A DNA stretch of 64,000 nt from assembly GCA_012295275.1 (NCBI GenBank), contig CM022679.1:27962001-28026000 (forward strand), given 5' to 3'. The notes under the pieces were generated by a model. That model was not told the origin of the DNA. It made no database searches and saw only the letters and a list, made by a program, of their open reading frames with translations. The translations under genes and the position numbers were made by a program. Numbering within the stretch: the stretch's first letter is position 1; every line of letters starts with the position of its first letter. Positions 42,555-56,141 of this stretch are shown piece after piece. The stretch comes from Chrysomallon squamiferum. Lineage: Eukaryota; Animalia; Mollusca.

Positions 42555-42656
42555 AATGACGTATTCTTTCAAAACCTAGTATAAATATATTCAATGACGT
42601 CATACTAATGGATAAACATATTACGTCATTCAGATGGACTGTCAGCTTGCGTCATT
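42555..42656. promoter_or_regulatory. Candidate intronic enhancer: four bZIP (CRE/ATF/C-EBP-type) sites in 100 bp
   Basis: TGACGTAT 42557, ATGACGTCAT 42594, TTACGTCA 42621, TTGCGTCA 42647. Confidence 0.45.
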
Positions 42657-42734
42657 CATATCACACTCAGTTTACAAAACATGTCTGTCAGGATGTTCTT
42701 ATTTAAATAGAAATGTAAATTGTAGGACTGATAA

Positions 42735-42800
42735 ACGGTTTAGTGGTTAGAATGCTCGCCACAGAAGTAGGATCCATCAGCCTCCGTTCTTATTTTCAGT
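42735..42800 (+). mobile_element. tRNA-like 5' fragment (possible SINE head)
   Basis: GGTTTAGTGGTTAGAATGCTCGCC resembles a tRNA D-arm/A-box; weak B-box-like AGGATCCATC follows. Confidence 0.3.
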
Positions 42801-44732
42801 TATCCGAGACAGCTGTATTAGTGAACCGTTTTAAACAAGTACGTCGTGTTTTCTCAGATGTTGCTGTCAGTGGGTTTGCTTCGTGTTATGTTTATTTCCA
42901 TCTGACAGGACACAACTTGTTTGTGATAAAGAAAGATGAAAGAGAAATATGGAATTGAAGCCATGAACTTCAAGATCGATAATTCAGTAATTAAATTACA
43001 GTTATGTAATTCTCTGCGCCATTTCCTACAAACTTTACTCATTTCATAACGTTGTAGAGGGTCAGTATGATGTCATATATCATTTCGTTTTCAAACTTTC
43101 ATTGGCTATAAGCGTTCTCCACAAAATCAGTATGACCTTCTGAAATAACTTGTTGCAGACCAGGGCAAACATTATTTTACCATATTCTAGCCACGCGCAC
43201 CATGCACAAACATGGGTCTAGAGACAATACTGAAAACACTAAGACTTTTCAGAGGATCCACCGCTTAAAGGTTACAATTTTCTGCTGTTGGGGCATTGTT
43301 GAATATTGAAATTGATTACATCTTGACCTCCTGACCCCACGAACTCTGAATGGGCCAGTTCCGGAGTAGCTCTATCTCCGATGTAGAACGACATTGTTAT
43401 GTTCGTATGCATGCAAGAGCGAAATGATCAAATCAAAGAACGATTCATCAGATTCTGCGTTGAATAACTCACTTTTCTTAGACGCCTTCATTAAATCAGC
43501 GGCTGTGTTTCGTAAAGCTCTCTCTCAAGCAGTAATTAGTTATTGATGAACGAAACGACTTTCTCCACCAACAGCTCGTCTAACGGGTCGAGATTCTCCA
43601 GTTTCACACTTTTTTTTACTGTTTTTATTATTTATTTTATGTTTTCTTTTCTTTTTAATTCATTTTTTTCTTTTCTTTTTTTTTTAATTTATATATTTTA
43701 TTCTATTTTATTTTATTTTATTGATTTTATTTATTTATTTATTTATTTATTGTTTTTTTTATTATTATTATTATTATTTAACTGGAAATGTAGGCAAAGA
43801 TTAATAAATGCGATTGAGAAATAAAATATAAAAAAACAAATAAGAATTAAATTAAGGAAAATAAATATTAATAAATAGGAGGGGAAAAAATGATCAGCCA
43901 AACAGAAGAAATGTTTTATTTAATTAATCAATAAATTTACAAACAAATAAACACACAAACAAACAAATAAATAAACAAATAAATAAATAAATAAAATAGA
44001 AAAGAAAGAAAGAAATCAGAGCACAATATTTTAGATTACTTACAAATTGAGTATTTGCGCATCTGAACTGAGATTATTATACTGGTACTCACACACAGAA
44101 TTACATTAAACCTTACACTGGCAGCATTCCATGTATTAATCCGCACTGATACAAATTGTCTAACTTCAGTAGAAATAAATATTACGTTTTACTAAACACA
44201 GAAACAGTGTGACATATTCCATATATCTAACATACACACATACACACTCACATACACACACACACATACATACACACACATACACACACACACACATACA
44301 CACACACACATACACACACACACACACATACACACACACACACACACACATCCACACAGCTAATATTACATATATGTGTGCAGGCACTCACCAAAGAAAG
44401 CTAGAAAATTACACGTGTTTCTTATTTTCCTCTTCGCTGAGGCAGTCAACAACTCTTACACAGATTAAAAAAAAATTAATAAAAAAAATGTTCTCTGCGG
44501 CTCCTGGTATTCATTACGTAGAAAAATCTTTTCACGGTAAATCTGCTCAAAAGATTAAAAATCGACATAAAAACGTTACAGTGTTAAACATTAATAAATA
44601 GGCTGAAAACAAATTTTAATAACTAAACAACAAAAAAAAAAAAAAGAGATCAAAGAACTAATTACAATATTAGTCTTTACAAAACGTGCTAAAAGTGCAA
44701 AATCTAATTTTTCTTTCCTGTTATTTTTACTT

Positions 44733-44823
<91 letters not shown>

Positions 44824-46229
44824 TCATTGTTCTCACTCTGTATTGTCTCGTTACCCCATGGTACGGCTGTTACACGTTCCCTGTGCTAATTGCGTGTAAA
44901 ACATTGAATGGAACTCAGGGTATGTGTAGGAAGCATGGTTATGCCGAGGAGTTCCAGTAAATAAAATGACCATGATTACCCATGAGACAACGCGCCAATT
45001 AATTATTAGCACTGCACGCGCTGGCCACGGAAGAGGTTAGCCAACAGAAATTAGCTGCAGTTATTTCCTGATAAAGTTAAATGGGGTCACAGAGGTCGAG
45101 TTTTATTAAAATAACGATAATAAATCGTCTACTTGAGTCAAAATAAACTTAATTTCTTTTTCTTTTCCATTCTGAATTTAATTTAGTTTTTGTTTTATTT
45201 ATTTACTTATCTAGCTAGTCAGTTAGTTACTTAGTTAATTAGTTAGTCAGTTAGTTAGTTGTGCGTTTTGTATTTTTCTGTTTATTATTTACTTGTGATT
45301 TTTTTTTTATATCATATACCGTGTATGTGAATGTATATGTGTACGTGCGTATGTGTACACGTGTATGTATGTATGGGTGTATGTGTATGTGTATGTATGA
45401 ATATGTGTACGAATGTGTGTGCTTCTGTGTGTGTGTATATAAATGCATGTATGTACGTATGTATGTAAGTATATTATGTATGTATGAATCCTTGTATGTG
45501 TGTATGTATGTGTGTAGGTATGTGTGTGTGTATTTATGTATGTGTATGTTTACGTATTTGTGTATTTATGTGTTTGTGTGTATGTGTGCGTGTGTGCATG
45601 TATGTGTGTGTGTCCGAAAGTTTCAGAGTATATGTATATGTGTGTGTCTGCGTTTGTGTGTATGTGTGTCTATGTATGTATGTATGTGTTGTATGTATGA
45701 GTTCATCTGTGAGTTGTTGATAAACTGTGTGAGATATCTGTTCAGATTAATGGTACAGTTCTGTTTGTTGTTCTTTTTTCATTTATTTATTTATTTATTG
45801 CTATTTCGAGGTGTATCAAACGTTAATGTATGTTTTATTTCATTGAATGAATGAATGAAAGAACTCAAGAAAGAAATAATGAAAGAAAGAACTGAAGAAA
45901 GAAATAATGATAGAAAGAATGAATTAACGAAATTCTGAATGAATGAATGAACGGAAGAAAGAAATGATATCAGTAAAGAACTATTTAATTAAATCTGTTA
46001 TTTCAACTAAGACTAACAACACAATGGAAAGTTTAATCTAATACTATTGTTGTGAGAAAACTAGAAAACATCTGACAGTGTCAGAACCGCCACTGCCAGG
46101 TTTATCGAAACTTTTCTTTATTCTCTTTTATTTGATTGAGACTATCACTGATATCGAGACTAACAATTACGTTTTAAGAAGACATCAATAATGGATGACA
46201 ATGTTTAGCAATTTCCTTTTGTCTTTTAG

Positions 46230-46451
46230 GTTGTAAAGATGTTGGTCATCGTTGTCGTGATGTTTGGTCTGTGCTGGCTGCCACTGCACACGTTTTTCCT
46301 CGTCATCGACTTCAACCCCGCCGTCATGGCCTACGACACGGAGGAAAAAGAAAGACTGATTACAGGGATTTACGTGTTCGTCCACTGGCTGGCAATGTCC
46401 AACAGTTTCTCAAACCCGATCATATACGGCTTTACAAACGAGAGTTTCAGA
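46230..46451 (+). CDS. GPCR coding exon 2: TM6, ECL3, TM7, start of helix 8
   Basis: VVKMLVIVVVMFGLCWLPLH (CWxP) ... HWLAMSNSFSNPIIYGFTNESFR (NPxxY). Flanked by TTTTAG| and AGA|GTACGT; 222 nt, phase 0-0. Confidence 0.95.
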
Positions 46452-46528
46452 GTACGTCTTATTCATTAATGTCTTTCCTTCTCGTCTGTTTTCTAATCAG
46501 TACTGTTATCAGTATTACTGTCCTCGTC

Positions 46529-46571
<43 letters not shown>

Positions 46572-48890
46572 TTTTCGTCATCATTGTCTTTATTATTACT
46601 AAAATTATTATATTTATCATTATTATTATTATTATTATTATCGTCATTATTATTGTTATTGTCAGTAGTAGTAGTAATAGTAGTAGTAGCAGAAGTAGTA
46701 GAGTAGTAGTAGAGTAGTAGTAGTTTTGCCAGGTACGTCATTTCGTTGAGCTCTGTTGTCATGGCCGCTTGAAAAAATTAGAAATTTTCATAAAATGTTT
46801 TTTAAAATATCGCAATGTCTTGGTTTACTTTAGCAAGATTATGTAAAACAATTAGTATCCACTTTCTTGTTATTATTTATTTATTTATAATCTCAAATCC
46901 ATCGCTTTCATTTTATCTTAGTGTTAACGTTCCGTCTTTCTGTTATTTCTTCAATGTTATTTTTATCATTGATACTTTTGCCATATCTTGATCCACCACA
47001 AGACTAACATCAGACAAACAGACATACATTCAGACACAAAGCAGATAAATGGAAAGTTGTACGTGAAATAACTGTATAACTGTACATTACCATTCAAAGC
47101 ACACTGACTACTTAATGTATCACTTTCTATCAAACTGAATTAATTTAATTAATTGGTGGCTATAGAACTAAGTAGATTAATTTAACAGCAGCCGCAGAAC
47201 TGAATGAATTGTCAGAAATTATACAAATATCACTAATTCTGAACAGGCTGGTTCGTAAAGGTGGTACTACCTGATACCATGATACTCTAATATTAATGTG
47301 ATACTATGATAGTATATGTTAACGTGAAATTATCATATTCTCATTTTAATACGATACGCTGGTACTCTCATCTTAATGTGATAACACGATACCTCCATGA
47401 TACTGACACTGTAATGTGATACTAACTTCCCAACAGCATAAATAATAATTTTCTTTACGTACACTACTATCATGTGTGTTTGAGATGTTATCTTTATTTA
47501 AATAATAATTATAAAAAAAAATAATAATAATGATAATGATAACAATAATAACAAGAACAGTGGTAGTAGTAGTAGTAGTAGTAAAAGTAGTAGTAGTAGT
47601 AGTAGTAATAGTAGTAGTAGTAGTAGTAGTAGTAGTAATAGTAGTAGTAGTAGTAGTAATAGTAGTAGCAGTAATAATAGTAACAGAAATAGGAAGAAGA
47701 AGACGATTAATTAGAATTACTTTTAAAACTGATGTTTGCACAGCACAGTGTTAATTAATGTCAAGCATCATCTTGGTTAATCTTGGTCCGCTTAAAGAAT
47801 TTTCATTTTACCTGATTTCTCCTACCTTTGAGAGGGTATATATAAAAGCTCTCTTGGTGCTAACTTATGAGTTAAGTTTTTTGTAGCATTTAGTTTACTC
47901 CACATTTGATATTTATAGAAAAATAACTTCAATGTCATTTAGTAATTGATCGTACATAAATTGTTAAATAATTATCTATTCATTCGTATATTGATAAATG
48001 TATTAGTTTGTTCAGTATGTGTCAGTGAATTGCAGAATACCACAAAGAGGTGTGTTATAGTGAACTTTTTTTAGATCAGTTTGATAAAAGAGAAGAAATT
48101 GTTTTCTTGGTGGTCTTTAAACAAAATGTTTATATCAGGGCTTTAAAATAAACAAAAAGAAAAAGTAATCTAAAAAATTACATTATGTTTTTATCGAGTA
48201 TAAATTCCTTCCATAACTGCTCGTAGTCGTGTATGTAAAATTTTACACGGAGGAAAATAATAAATATATACGCTCACCAAGAAAGAAAGAAATGTGTACA
48301 TTTATGGGTCTCGGTTAAATTCTTTTACACAGAAATAGAAAACAAAAAAGAAACTTTGTTTTCAATCGTTGTTGCGTAATCTCGATTTCGGCTTCCTCCA
48401 CACTGATGTTTGTTTATTGAGACGGGTTTAGTTTCCTTTATGAATTGTTCCAAGTCTAGCAAATATTCCGTTGTGTCAGGTCTGATAATCCGAAATCTTA
48501 TCACAGATTCGCAGACGAGAATTCTTTATTTGATTACTTTATTGGACTGATTACGCCGAATGGCATCTAATAATGAACTCAAACTGGCGAAGTGTAACGT
48601 CACTTACCTCGTGTTATTGCATTGATAGTCATTTGTTCAAAATTCTGGGAAATATACTAAAAGGAAATCTGCTGTACTCCTGAGTGAACAAATAAACATC
48701 TTTTTTTTACTGACATCCTCCAGAACATGTTTTAGTATCAACAAAGCCTGCCCCGAAATACATCGCACCCCTTTCATACAACCAAAAGTTACATAGTCGA
48801 TCTATCAATATATCTGCCTATCTGTCTGTCTCTCTGTCTGTCTGTCTGTTCATCTAACCATCCATCTGTCTACCCATCTATATATCTATA

Positions 48891-48930
<40 letters not shown>

Positions 48931-49005
48931 AATCTATCTATCTATCTACCTCTCTGACTGTCTGCCTGCTAAATGTATTAAACAATTTATCCATTTCTGT
49001 TTCAG
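46452..49005 (+). other. Intron 2 of the GPCR (2,554 bp, phase 0)
   Basis: GTACGT donor and CCATTTCTGTTTCAG acceptor; in-frame join NESFR|AEL. Confidence 0.85.
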
Positions 49006-49272
49006 GCAGAGCTCGCCTCACAATGTTACATGTGTTTCCCATGCTGCACCTGTCTCAGGAAGATGATAGTGCGCAAGACTAGTTTCTCCACGTACGAGAC
49101 CGGAGTTCCACGAAGGCCGAGCTCGATACGAAAAATTAATCGTAACGCAACGATCAAGACTACGGTTCAGAACGGCACAAATGTTTACTTCGAGCTGAAA
49201 CGAACAGCGTCCAAGGATGGCAGCGTCACGTATCAGAACAGAAATGCAAACATGGACAACATGTGTCGATGA
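49006..49272 (+). CDS. GPCR coding exon 3: helix 8 and cytoplasmic tail, TGA stop
   Basis: AELASQCYMCFPCCTCLRK...NMCR*. FRAEL completes helix 8, followed by a Cys cluster (palmitoylation-like) and a Ser/Thr-rich tail (RKTSFST, RRPSS). In frame with ORF 49030..49272. Confidence 0.87.
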   Translation, partial: AELASQCYMCFPCCTCLRKMIVRKTSFSTYETGVPRRPSSIRKINRNATIKTTVQNGTNVYFELKRTASKDGSVTYQNRNANMDNMCR

Positions 49273-49340
49273 CAACAACACATCGGCAATAGACAGAAGT
49301 GTACAGTGTGCTCCTGTAGCTTTATTAACAAATTCCCAGT

Positions 49341-49852
49341 ATCAGCCAGTGATTCAGTTATGTTTGGTAAGGACGACATCAGCCAGTGATTCAGTAATGT
49401 TTGGTAAGGACGACATCAGCCAGTGATTCAGTAATGTTTGGTAAGGAAGACATCAGCCAGTGATTCAGTAATGTTTGGTAAGGAAGACATCAGCCAGTGA
49501 TTCAGTAATGTTTGGTAAGGAAGACATCAGCCAGTGATTCAGCCAGTGATTCAAATGTTTGGTAAGGAAGACATCAGCCAGTGATTCAGTTATGTTTGGT
49601 AAGGACGACATCACATCAGCCAGTGATTCAGTAATGTTTGGTAAGGACGACATCATCAGCCATCAGTGATTCAGTAATGTTTGGTAAGGAAGACATCAGC
49701 CAGTGATTCAGTAATGTTTGGTAAGGAAGACATCAGCCAGTGATTCAGTTATGTTTGGTAAGGACGACATCAGCCAGTGATTCAGTAATGTTTGGTAAGG
49801 ACGACATCAGCCAGTGATTCAGTTATGTTTGGTAAGGACGACATCAGCCAGT
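49341..49852. repeat. 37-bp minisatellite, 13 copies, in the probable 3' UTR
   Basis: Unit ATCAGCCAGTGATTCAGT(A/T)ATGTTTGGTAAGGA(C/A)GAC; starts 69 nt after the stop codon and lies before any AATAAA. Confidence 0.95.
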
Positions 49853-50123
49853 CATCTTCCTCATCAAGTGTTGTTTAATATGGAGTGTATAAACCAGTGA
49901 GGAATGTAAACCATGTTTTGATGCAAACATTAACCATACATTATGGCTTGATACGGAAGACAGTGGTTTGCTGTGTACGACATTACGTCACAGTTTGGTC
50001 TAACAGTGATTAGTTTATACGGGTCAGAATGGAGAGTATACGTTGTTAATACTTATTTCCCTAAAACTCATTTCTAAAAGCGAAATACAAATTACTGAGA
50101 AAAAAAACTTGTGATGTTCACTT

Positions 50124-50714
50124 AATAAAAGTTGAAATCCAAAATGGTATTCCCACTGAGATGTGAAATAAGAGGGCTGATACGAATAATATCAAAACTA
50201 AAATAAGCACTGCTGATCCAAGACTCTTACTGACGTAAGTTTGCTCATGTATAAACTTGACCGCAGTAATAATCAGATGTATATTTAATGTATCCAAGGT
50301 CATAAAGGATTGCGGAATGTCTACTTGAGAATATGTGTACGCTGTTTGTAGTTTTCTTGTTAGCTTGTTATCGGCGAGCGTGTGTGATGCTGTGTCTGTG
50401 TGTGTGTCTGAGTAAGTATAAGCAAATATACTTTGTGTGTAAATCGAGTGAAATGATTAATTTCTGAGGAACAGAGTATAAAAGAATAAGCTGAAGATTT
50501 GGTGAACTAAGAATGAATAAATTAAATGATATATGTTAGAATATAATAAAAAGCTATATATACTGATTTCTTACACAGAATGTATTTAACATGATCTCCA
50601 TTTTGTATAAACAGTTTTATTATTAATGAAAGATAAAAATATTGATACAGATAATCAGTGTTGTTATCGTATAAATTATCATATATTTACGACTTATTCT
50701 TTGTTTATAATAAA
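50124..50714 (+). terminator. Candidate polyadenylation signals of the GPCR mRNA
   Basis: AATAAA at 50124, 50516 (overlapping ATTAAA) and 50709. The hexamer is common in AT-rich DNA, so the true site is unknown. Confidence 0.3.
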
Positions 50715-51159
50715 GCAAAGCAATAATTCGTCATCAAGCTTGTAAGTTAGTATTTTTTTCATTTTGAAAAAAAGAACAAACATGCAAGCAGACTAACTAA
50801 ACAATAAAAAATCAATCAAACAAATAACTAAATAAATAAACAAACAAATAAATAAATAAATAAATAACCAATAATTAACAGAAATTACACATAGTGTGTC
50901 ACCCAATTAATATAATTTTTTCTTTGTTTTTTTTTTTCCATTTTTACTCTCTCTCTTTTTATTTTATTTTTTTTATTTTATTTAATTTATTTTATTTTAT
51001 TTTTTTTAAGTTCGGTGAAACGTTAAGATACTTTGAGGAGGTGACGTGTTAGTTCACGCAGTATTTCAACCACGCTGAGGAAAATTCCTCTTTAAAATGT
51101 GTCAAAGCAGGATGACGGCTGCGATGTCGTTAAGAACGTGTTCATGTTGTAATGGTAAA

Positions 51160-51370
51160 GATTACGTCACATCTTTTGTTTTTATTCGCAGCACACGTCT
51201 CAGCACTGACAGGCTACTTCAACATGTTATATGTTCTCGTGACGTCACGCATTGTCGATACGTTCTCGACGTTATTCAGATTTTCTGTGTCTCATTATCT
51301 GGCTTAATAGTAACACAGTTTCTTTTATCCACTGTCATGGCAACACATTTGAATGAAAGCTGACGTCATC
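51160..51370. promoter_or_regulatory. Candidate downstream enhancer with CRE cluster
   Basis: TTACGTCA 51162, CGTGACGTCACG 51238-51249, TGACGTCA 51361, and X-box half-site TGTCATGGCAAC 51333. Confidence 0.4.
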
Positions 51371-51504
51371 TGTAAATTTAATTCTCATTATTATTTGTAG
51401 CAGAGACTGATAATTACGTTCTTCCTTGCTCGTACTGTCTTTGTTCTAACCTGAGCCTTTGTCTTCTCTGAGACCGTTTTAATCATTTCCTTTAAACTTT
51501 CACG

Positions 51505-51760
51505 GGATGTGGACTTAAGCCACTTCTAATCCAAAAATGCACAGGGGGACAAAATAATCCCTGTAAAATGTAAGATAGGATTTAAAAAACCCAGGGTAAA
51601 ACCAAGGCAGGACAAACATCACCTTCACTATGATTATTATCACAGTTATTTCAAAGTAATTACTTATGTTATTCATACAGAAACAATAAACTGATAATCA
51701 AGCCAGTGGGGCATTCTGTCCTACCTTGTAAATGTACTGTGGAGACTTATGTCCTACATT
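51505..51760. mobile_element. Possible decayed foldback/MITE relic
   Basis: Left-hand GGAC(A/T)..A.NCCC-type motifs (GGACTTAAGCCAC, GGACAAAATAATCCC, GGACAAACATCACC) are mirrored by GGGGCATTCTGTCC and GAGACTTATGTCC on the right. No clean TIR or TSD. Confidence 0.25.
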
Positions 51761-54700
51761 CAACTTTCAGAAGTGTTGTTTTCATGAAAAATAATAATAA
51801 TAATAAGATGATGATGATGAAGAATAAAAACAACAATAACAATAAATAAATAAATAAATAAACAACGAAGAAAAAACACTTGTTTTGAAATCTGACGGAG
51901 AAAGAAAAGATACGATGTTATATAAATTGCACAAGTTTATCTCAGATTAATTTTCTGAATCTCAGATTCTGTCATGACAGCTCTGTCAAAAGAGAAATAT
52001 TAAAAGTTCTTCCTTAAAATATTCTCATTAATCAAAGTGACGAAGACATGAAACAGCTCAGTGTTTAATACATCGCCTTGGCGAACACCAGCTTTTTTGT
52101 GAAAACTGAGATTGCGTCACGTTAACGTTTGTTGTTGATTCAGTGCGACAGTTTTCACTTGTTCTCTTTCTTTGTGCTCGCTGTGTCTAGACCGAACATT
52201 AGAAGTTTTCATAATTTTCTTTCTCAACGTTTTGGTTTTTTCTCTTTCGTGAGTGATTTGGGGGTTTTTCTTTGATATTTGGCTTCTTTTGCGCTTATAA
52301 ACAGACAGACAAAGACAGACACTCTGGTAAATATATAAAAGGATACTTATATATTTCATACACACTTTTAAACATTATAATTAGGTAAACATATGCATTA
52401 ATTTCTCTACCTAATAAAAGCCAGTAATCACGTTTTCCTCTACGTATCATTTATTAATGTCGTATCAAACAACGACAGCCTCGTACAGAGAGTTTTCTGT
52501 TAACTGTTCTCACACCAGGCAGTCGATGACGTCTTCTCTCTGACAAGCAGGATCTACAGTTTCTCTACACAGCTGATTCAGGACGGAGTTTGAGGACGAC
52601 TAAAACTCGGGTATTAGCTGGTGAACGATTTCCTCGATGTTACAATTATCTTTCTCACGTTTCTGCATTACGACCTGACAGTGTTTCTGTAATCGAAGTG
52701 TAAATGTATCTGTCACTCCAAGTTGTCAAACTCGGATAAACTTGTGACGCTTTCTCTCAACTGATCGCGCGACGTTTTAGAAAGTAGTTAATGAGTTTTA
52801 CAAATAATACACATTGTTTTGTTTTTTTTGTTTTTGTGTGTTTTTAAGCAATTGTGAAGTTTCATTAATTCATACTGACCTACTGACATAATAACATATT
52901 AACCTATAATATACTAAAATTACTAACGTTTTAAGATAAATACGAGTTTGGATAGATGAACAAAACTGGAGAATCAGGTCACTGATTGCATGAAAGATTG
53001 AATAAATGAATGTATGGAACGAATGAATGAGCAAATAAAACATCCCAACAAACGATTAATTCAATGAAAGAATGAATCAATGAATTAACAAATGAACCAA
53101 TAAAAAAATGAACTAATGAATGAATATAATTCGTCGTTACTTTCTATTTTAAGATTTCTCGTCATAAAAGGAAAGTTATGTATGTGGACCTTCAACTGGG
53201 TCAGAAAAGCAGAACCAGAGCGTTTTTTTATTTTTAAATTTTTTAAATTTTTTTTATTTTTGTTTTTGTTTTCTTTTTAAATGAAAGAAGCTAAAATTTA
53301 ACCTAATCACGATTGGTCAATTTTGACAATGTTTTTACAATTTTTGAAACAACATTTTACGGTAATCCTATATCTCTCTAAGTCTGTAACAACTGAAATG
53401 TGCAGAAATCTGACGCAGGCGATCGCATAACACGCTGTAGCTCGACTGGTTTTCTTACCCTTATTTCGCAGCGTTAATAAGCGAGGAATTAAACCGTTTG
53501 TCACGAGGCGTTACGCTGCACACTATGAATACTAATTTGTTCTTCCGCACGGGCGGAGTCGGTGATGTGCCGGGACAAGACGCAGACAGGAAACACGTTG
53601 TTCTGTCGCTTTGTGCAAACAAATTACTCGTTTGCTAAATAAAATCAGTGAAAGTCGAGCAAAGAAGCCAAATGTTAGAGCATGCGCCTCTTATTCGATC
53701 GATCAGTGATTGATTCCCGTCACTGACCAGTTTGTCTGTTTCCGTATCAGTGTTGAGAAATAAGAAAACTTAAATAGCACACTGAAAGTTAAAGCAGATT
53801 AAAAAAAAAAGAAGAAGAAGAAGAAACTGGAGAGAAAGAAGAATAACAGAGAAAGTGAAAGAAACGGCGAGTAACTGACTCAGAGAGAAAAAAGAGATAC
53901 ATGTTAATTTGTTTGTTTGTTTGTAATTATAGTTGTTGTGGTTGCAGTTGATGCTATTACCACTGCTGCTGTTTTTGTTGTTATTACTTGTTCATTCACG
54001 AAGAAGGTTTTCCGATTAGCAGAATTTATTGTTTCGTTATTTCTGTTTTGTCTCCGCCTGTCACAATAAAATACTATTAAATAGGAAGCTATACAGTATC
54101 TTCTCTCTAGCGCATAATTATCTCACACATTTCTCGAATTCGCTGCTGGTAAAAGCGGCGGTAACGCATGGAATTCTGGGAAGTCATCGTGATCCGTGTT
54201 GCTACACAGTGTTTTCTGGGGTGGAACATACCAAACATACGTGTTACTATAATTAAACATTTTCTTTAGGTTATTTTTTTTTTTTTCGTTTTCTTCGTAT
54301 TTTTGGATTGCATGACCGGTTTTTGAAAGGACGGTGGTTCACGAGACAAGAGAAGGATTAATCAGTCTCTGTGTGCAGAACTTTGCTGTACGACACTTTT
54401 GTCTGACGCTTTGGTACACGTGCATTCCTTCCTGTCTGTGAGATAGTACTTACAAATGACAATGTGTTGCTAATCGGTAAGGATAGCCCACGTTTCCGTG
54501 ACAACTTGGCTTACAGTATGTCAGTGATAATGAAAGATAATGCTGAGATATTGTTAAACAAAATAATACCAGGACACGATTTGTAAAGAAGTGAAATGCT
54601 AATCAAAGATATCAATGGCGAAGTACGCCTGTCCTGGACACATGATGGTAGAATACGAGTTAGTGTGAATGTAGGGAAACAGTAAATTACTCTTCAGTAA

Positions 54701-55306
54701 AATCAGAACAATAAAACCTTGAACAATGTTACACACAGTAAATAAATAAACAACAACAATAACAATAACAATGATGATGATGCTGATGATGATGTGAATA
54801 ATGGTTATGATGCATTGCGACTCATTGTTAAGCTAATAGTCAAGATGTTGTTAACGGTTTGGTAGACGCAGTTTCTGATAAGCTGAAGTTCGGATTTCAA
54901 ATCTATTTCCAGGAAAACAAGGCGGCGAATGTGCTGCTACATTAGATAAGTAGTGATTCGAGATTCTCTGAAACTGCGTATTCCTATTAAGATGTGTGTG
55001 ATAATTCTCAGAATTTCTGATATGGTGGGATTGCCCGCTTCATTATTATTGTTATCATCATTATCATCATCATCATCAGTATTACTATGATTATTTTTAT
55101 TATTGAAACTATAAATGAAAATAAAACTAATTAACTAACAGCTTTTGTAAAATATTCTGTAAAATAAACGTTCTCAAAATAAGAAAACAAACAAACGTTA
55201 CAACTTTCAGTGAAAGTTCTATACCGTCGTCTAAGCAAAGGTTAGATTACTTAAAGGTTAGAGTACTGGTGCGCAAGCACTATACATGTAATAATATATT
55301 AATGTA

Positions 55307-55388
<82 letters not shown>

Positions 55389-55852
55389 TAATCGTAAATT
55401 TATTTATTTATAGTAGAAGTAGTAGTAGTAATAATAGCAGCAGCAGCAGCAGTAGTAGCAATGTATATGATAGAGGTGAAGCTTAAACATTTTTTAAAAG
55501 AAAAGAAAATATAAAGAAATAAGATTATATTCACATTGTGGATATTTACCCACACAATTATAAACACGCGTCCACCGGTATCAACACACAAATTATTTAG
55601 TATACAAGGTAATTATCGCAGTCTACCAGCGCTTTGACCTAGTTCTCTAATTAACATATTTCCTGTTAATTACTGGGTCATGCGGTCTGGTCCGTGCATT
55701 GAGCGAGACCACGTGCTCTCAGCCGCTCTCAGCACTTAATTACGTCTTGGTGCATGGAATTCCGGCGAGTATTTCCCCTGCGTCACGTGACTGACGGAGC
55801 GAGACGAAACGATATTACATTTTCATCATCTGATAATTGATTGACAAGTTTC

Positions 55853-55897
<45 letters not shown>

Positions 55898-56069
55898 TAG
55901 TTTTTGCCTCTGTCATCTCGAATTATACGAGTAAGCAAACAAAATGATAAACAGTGATGACTGGATTAAACTGATTCATGTAAGCAACTCTCATGTCTCA
56001 ATGTGTGTACGTTTATGATATGTCTGTGTGTGTCTCTGTGCTTGTGGGTCGGTGTGTGCGTGTTGTGTG

Positions 56070-56141
<72 letters not shown>

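Noticed and set aside
46271-46717. 148-aa alternative-frame ORF over exon 2
   Set aside because: A frame-shifted shadow of exon 2 running into an (ATT)n tract.
49270-49272. TGA as a selenocysteine codon
   Set aside because: No SECIS-like stem (AUGA/AA/GA) recognised downstream and no precedent in this receptor family.
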